Positions 60,214-64,000 of a DNA stretch of 64,000 nucleotides are shown in pieces; position 1 is the first letter of the stretch, and the number at the start of each line of letters is the position of its first letter. This DNA comes from Promethearchaeota archaeon (GTDB lineage Archaea > Asgardarchaeota > Lokiarchaeia > Sigyniarchaeales > SOKP01). The stretch lies in the NCBI GenBank assembly GCA_030603385.1, contig JAUVXW010000001.1, positions 96,001 to 160,000 of the forward strand, in the 5' to 3' direction. The notes beneath the pieces were generated by a model, which saw only the letters and a program-made list of their open reading frames with translations, was not told where the DNA came from and did not search any database. A program made the position numbers and the translations under genes.

Positions 60214-61464
60214 ATGGTTCAACAGAAGCTTGACATTGGATTTTTCACTAGTATGTATAGTCAAACTAATGGTACAGCCCATGCTGTGCGATTCCTATCC
60301 GAGGCAGTCGCAAAACATACGGGTCATACAGTGCATGTTTATGCACCTGGAATTCAAAAACCGAAAAACATACCAAAAAATCTCTATCTTCATAATTTTT
60401 TTGGTGCAAAAATAGCACCTAAAACCGGGTTTGTTCTAAGTTTTCCTATCCATAAATACTTTTTCTGCCAACACGATTATTTAGACATTGCTCATATTCA
60501 TACACATGCAACATTTGGTAGTATGGCGATAAATTGGTCAAAATATATGGGGATCCCAATGGCCGGAACTCATAATTCCCCCCTTTCCTTTTATACCTCT
60601 CAATATATACCTATAGTGGGGGGTCTTTTGTCTAAAATGGATTGGATCTGGCGATATGAAAGACATATCTTAGATAAATATGATCTTGTATCAGTACCGA
60701 CAAAATCTAAGAAAGATTTGCTTAGGAAGCAGAGATTTAAAGAACCCATCGTCTGTCTTTCTAATGGGATTCATGATAGCTATTTCACTGATGTTAAGGA
60801 CAACGGAGTTCGGGATAAGTATAACTTAGATAATAAAAAGATTCTACTCTATGCTTCAAGACTTTCTCCTGAGAAGCATCAATTAAGTATTATTAAAATA
60901 TTTAAGAAAATTCATAAAGAGGTACCCAATTCACATTTAGTACTTGTAGGCAGCGACGGACCATCAACTTCACATGTTCTAAAACTTATTAAGAAGAAGA
61001 ATTATAAAGATTTTGTCTCTTATTTAGGTAGAGTCCCATTCAACGATTTATTGAAACTTTACAATATAGCTGATTTATCTTGCCTATGGTCTTGGATAGA
61101 AGCAGAAGGACTGGTACTTCTAGAAAGTATGGCTCAAGGAACACCGTGTATCGGCTCTAATAGTGTTGGAATTTCAGATGTAATAAGGCACGGGCAAACC
61201 GGATATTTAAGTCAGGATTTAAATGATTTTAAGGATAGAGTAATAAAACTATTCAAAGATGATGATCTTCGACTTGAGATGGGTAAAAATGCTAGAAAAG
61301 TTGCTGAAAATTATAGGATAAGCCATGTTGCAAAAACCTGGGTAAAATTATATAAATTTTTGATTAATGAGCTTTACCCACTTAGGTATTACAAAAAAGA
61401 ACGGAAAGAAAGGGTAAAGCTAGTGAAGGAGTTTATACACAACTTACCAATAGTTAGTTTTTAA
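60214..61464 (+). CDS. Glycosyltransferase family 4 (GT-B)
   Basis: FTSMY....NG, HIHT, T.HN, SNGI, RLSPEK, EAEGLVLLESMAQGTPCI. Confidence 0.9.
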   Translation: MVQQKLDIGFFTSMYSQTNGTAHAVRFLSEAVAKHTGHTVHVYAPGIQKPKNIPKNLYLHNFFGAKIAPKTGFVLSFPIHKYFFCQHDYLDIAHIHTHATFGSMAINWSKYMGIPMAGTHNSPLSFYTSQYIPIVGGLLSKMDWIWRYERHILDKYDLVSVPTKSKKDLLRKQRFKEPIVCLSNGIHDSYFTDVKDNGVRDKYNLDNKKILLYASRLSPEKHQLSIIKIFKKIHKEVPNSHLVLVGSDGPSTSHVLKLIKKKNYKDFVSYLGRVPFNDLLKLYNIADLSCLWSWIEAEGLVLLESMAQGTPCIGSNSVGISDVIRHGQTGYLSQDLNDFKDRVIKLFKDDDLRLEMGKNARKVAENYRISHVAKTWVKLYKFLINELYPLRYYKKERKERVKLVKEFIHNLPIVSF

Positions 61465-61477
61465 ATTGTGAGTTTTA

Positions 61478-62224
61478 TTAGAAATTGAAATCTTTTCTAA
61501 TTTTATATAGTTTTATTTTACAGATTTCACATAAATAATATGATTTCTTATCAATTTCATCAATATTTTTAGAAAACCTCATAACACAGGAATTTTCCTC
61601 ACAATGGGTAAACCCCATTAAAATATGTCCTATTTCATGAATTATTTCCTTAATAACTCTTTGTTCAAATAGTTCATTATCTTTTTGTCTATCATAAAAT
61701 TGCTCTTTCAGTTTAAGTGTAGATACTACACTACATCGATGTTTTAAGTGAGTCTCTCCAAATAAAAATAATATATTGTCGTCACTACTCGAATAAATAG
61801 GAAGATCTGTGAGGGCAATTATCATACCAAGTCTATCTTTCGTTCTTATATCTATTAATGATTGATAAAATTTATTAGTGGGGTGAATACTTAACTTATC
61901 ATTGATTCCTTTCATTTCTTTATACTCTTTTTTTACACCTTTAGAGAGAAGTTCTTTTGAAAAATTATATTGCCCTAAATTTATAATCTCAAAAAAGTAG
62001 GAATCAAAAATTTGATTCAAGTAAGATTCGATTTGTCTAAACAACTTAGCATCAAAATCGGCATAAAACAAAATTCCCAAATGACAAGGTAATATTAGTT
62101 TTTTCAACTCATCATCTACTAATTCAAATTCTTCGGAATAAGAAATTCCGATTCTTGTAACAAGTTTTTTTAATTTTTCCTTGTATTTGCGTATTTTCTG
62201 CTCATATTTTCGAAACTTAGGCAT
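61478..62224 (-). CDS. Archaemetzincin (peptidase M54)
   Basis: KEIIHEIGHILMGFTHCEENSCVMRFS......D.K...LCEIC (HExxHxxG..H, Met-turn, Cys4 site); LFLFGE. Confidence 0.9.
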   Translation of the reverse strand: MPKFRKYEQKIRKYKEKLKKLVTRIGISYSEEFELVDDELKKLILPCHLGILFYADFDAKLFRQIESYLNQIFDSYFFEIINLGQYNFSKELLSKGVKKEYKEMKGINDKLSIHPTNKFYQSLIDIRTKDRLGMIIALTDLPIYSSSDDNILFLFGETHLKHRCSVVSTLKLKEQFYDRQKDNELFEQRVIKEIIHEIGHILMGFTHCEENSCVMRFSKNIDEIDKKSYYLCEICKIKLYKIRKDFNF

Positions 62225-62372
62225 TATTTGTCAAATTAAAATTTTAAGATATCTAAAATAATCATTCTCTAAAAATAAAATTAGTTTAAATTCATTAATA
62301 ATAGGTATTTAAATCATTAATTATATTATAAAATAAAATATTTCAATTTGATTGAAAATTAAGCGCAGAATT

Positions 62373-63422
62373 ATGGTTGAAAATTCAAAAAATTCAGAAG
62401 ATATGGAACAAAGGGGCGAAGAAATCGAACAAATCTCAATAGGGAAAGATTCAGATAAGAGAATTGTTAATAAAGATTTTATACCTCACTATTTTCCAAC
62501 GTATAGGATTAAAAGAACGCTTTATCCGATCCCGATATTTATAGTCGTAATAATTGCGGGGATTTTAGCACATTTAACATATGTAGAAGCTGGAGTTCAA
62601 ATAGATGGAGGATATATTTCGGAAAGTGAATATGGAGCAATTGGGGGGATAATTAATGGACTTATATATACGGGGCTAGCTGGTTTCTCGGCTTTTATTA
62701 TCATTTATATTATTAAAAAAAGAGGTGTAGGCGCTTTAATGTATATTTTTGGGATAGGATTTGGTATGGTAACCTTTTTTCAAACATGGTTCTTTGGGGA
62801 GGTAATATTATATTTATCATTTTCCAATAATCCTAGATTATACTATTTACTTGATGTTGAATTAATCTTTCTTACAGCTGTATTTACTATATTTATGATT
62901 TATAAATATTTTACTTCAAAATCAATTAAGATAAAAAATTTCATTGTGTTGTATATAGGATTACTAATTGGAGCGTCTATGGGTGTTTTAATGCCTCTTT
63001 GGACCACTCTAGCTATATTAATAGGAATTTCTTTATGGGATATGTTTGCTGTTTTGTATAAACATGGTCCTATTAAGCAATTAATTGATTTAGTTTCAGA
63101 ACCTAATGATAGTATCACCAATACTTCAGAAACAGATTTAAAAGAAAAAATACAGAGCGGAGAATATACATATGATACTTCCAAATTGGAAATCGGAATT
63201 GGTGATCTAGCATTTTATAGTATGCTTACTTCTAGTGCTCTTGTTCAAACAAATAATGTAATAATCATGATTTTAACCTCAATAGCTATAATTATTGGAA
63301 CAGGAATTACAATACTGGGTCTTAAAAGAAATAAAATTTTACCTGGTCTACCTATCTCAATTTTTCTAGGAATAGGGACAATGCTGTTCTCATGGTATAT
63401 TTTTTCATTCATATTTGTTTAA
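62373..63422 (+). CDS. Presenilin-family intramembrane aspartyl protease (A22)
   Basis: About 9 TMs; MPLWT...L..ISLWDMFAVL...GPIKQL (TM6 Asp), EIGIGDLAFYSML (GxGD), LPGLPISI (PAL variant). Confidence 0.9.
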   Translation: MVENSKNSEDMEQRGEEIEQISIGKDSDKRIVNKDFIPHYFPTYRIKRTLYPIPIFIVVIIAGILAHLTYVEAGVQIDGGYISESEYGAIGGIINGLIYTGLAGFSAFIIIYIIKKRGVGALMYIFGIGFGMVTFFQTWFFGEVILYLSFSNNPRLYYLLDVELIFLTAVFTIFMIYKYFTSKSIKIKNFIVLYIGLLIGASMGVLMPLWTTLAILIGISLWDMFAVLYKHGPIKQLIDLVSEPNDSITNTSETDLKEKIQSGEYTYDTSKLEIGIGDLAFYSMLTSSALVQTNNVIIMILTSIAIIIGTGITILGLKRNKILPGLPISIFLGIGTMLFSWYIFSFIFV

Positions 63423-63491
63423 CATTAATTTCCTAATTTTTTAAAGGAAATTTCATTTTATTCTTTAGTACCGCGTAAAAGGTGTATATTT

Positions 63492-64000
63492 ATAGTCACT
63501 ATTAATAATATTAAAACGATAACCGTAGTAGGTGCAGGGATTATGGGTCATGAAATCGCTCAAGTTGCACTCATGGGGGGTTTTAAAACTGTTATTTTAA
63601 ATGACTTAACTGAGGAAATTATTAATAAGGCTGCAATTAAAATTAAAAATAGTTTAGAAAGACTTGAATCAAAAGGTAAGCTAAATGAAGGTTATACCGC
63701 CACTAATTTAATGGATAATCTAGTAAAGGAGGTTAATTTAGAAAAAGCCTTATCGAATGCTGACTTTATTGTGGAAGCAATTCCGGAGGTAATGATACTT
63801 AAGAGAAGGCTTTTTGAGAAATTAGGAAAATTTGCCCCTAAACATGCAATTTTAGCAACAAATACTTCTACAATGAGCATTTCTGAAATAGCATCAACAT
63901 CGGGAAGACCTGATAAAGTAATTGGATGTCATTTTTTTACACCTATAGTTGTACTACGATTAATTGAGATCATTAAAGGGAAGAAAACTTCAGAAGATAC
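63492..64000 (+). CDS. 3-hydroxyacyl-CoA dehydrogenase (N-terminal part, runs off the window)
   Basis: Not in the ORF track: IKTITVVGAGIMGHEIAQV...ADFIVEAIPE...ILATNTST...GCHFFTP..VLRLIEII. Probable ATA start at 63492. Confidence 0.92.
   Translation, partial: MVTINNIKTITVVGAGIMGHEIAQVALMGGFKTVILNDLTEEIINKAAIKIKNSLERLESKGKLNEGYTATNLMDNLVKEVNLEKALSNADFIVEAIPEVMILKRRLFEKLGKFAPKHAILATNTSTMSISEIASTSGRPDKVIGCHFFTPIVVLRLIEIIKGKKTSED

Noticed and set aside
678-63880. About 35 short ORFs in the track lying antisense or out of frame over real genes (e.g. 2677-2895, 4183-4401, 11400-11720, 16445-16801, 41597-41941, 49496-49915, 63692-63880)
   Set aside because: They are shadows of well-supported genes. 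The similarity between 2677-2895 and 4183-4401 only reflects the amidase duplication.
1-64000. CRISPR arrays, tRNA/rRNA genes, IS elements, prophage genes
   Set aside because: No regularly spaced repeats, GC-rich structured RNA segments, transposase/integrase ORFs or capsid genes were seen by eye. A tRNAscan/Infernal run would be needed to exclude small RNAs.

Overview
This is a gene-dense, AT-rich (about 30% GC by eye) archaeal core-genome window, most consistent with an Asgard archaeon (Lokiarchaeia-like). That call rests on the H4MPT/F420 Wood-Ljungdahl genes (cdhB, cdhC, cooT, ftr, mtd, mch), Alba, a RecJ/Cdc45-type DHH protein, many acyl-CoA/beta-oxidation paralogues, a Rag-type GTPase and a eukaryote-like presenilin. 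I saw no rRNA, tRNA, CRISPR array or transposase. The main observations are: (1) a presenilin head-to-head with a metzincin protease, with large membrane-anchored surface proteins elsewhere in the window, suggesting a possible regulated-intramembrane-proteolysis module; (2) a Rag/Gtr-like GTPase with a roadblock-like C-terminus between C1-metabolism and adenine/MTA salvage genes; (3) a cluster of three cysteine-less thiolase-fold proteins with three DUF35 partners, including an Ltp3/Ltp4-like aldolase pair, plus BKACE, an SDR and an IVD/LCAD-type acyl-CoA dehydrogenase; (4) a nuclease-less methyltransferase-TRD fusion; (5) a GC-shifted amino-acid ABC operon; (6) several genes apparently starting at ATA/ATT; (7) an A10 frameshift in a DUF362 gene; (8) overlapping hairpins upstream of a glycosyltransferase; (9) two small proteins missed by the ORF track. 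All family calls come from motif recognition by eye, not database searches.
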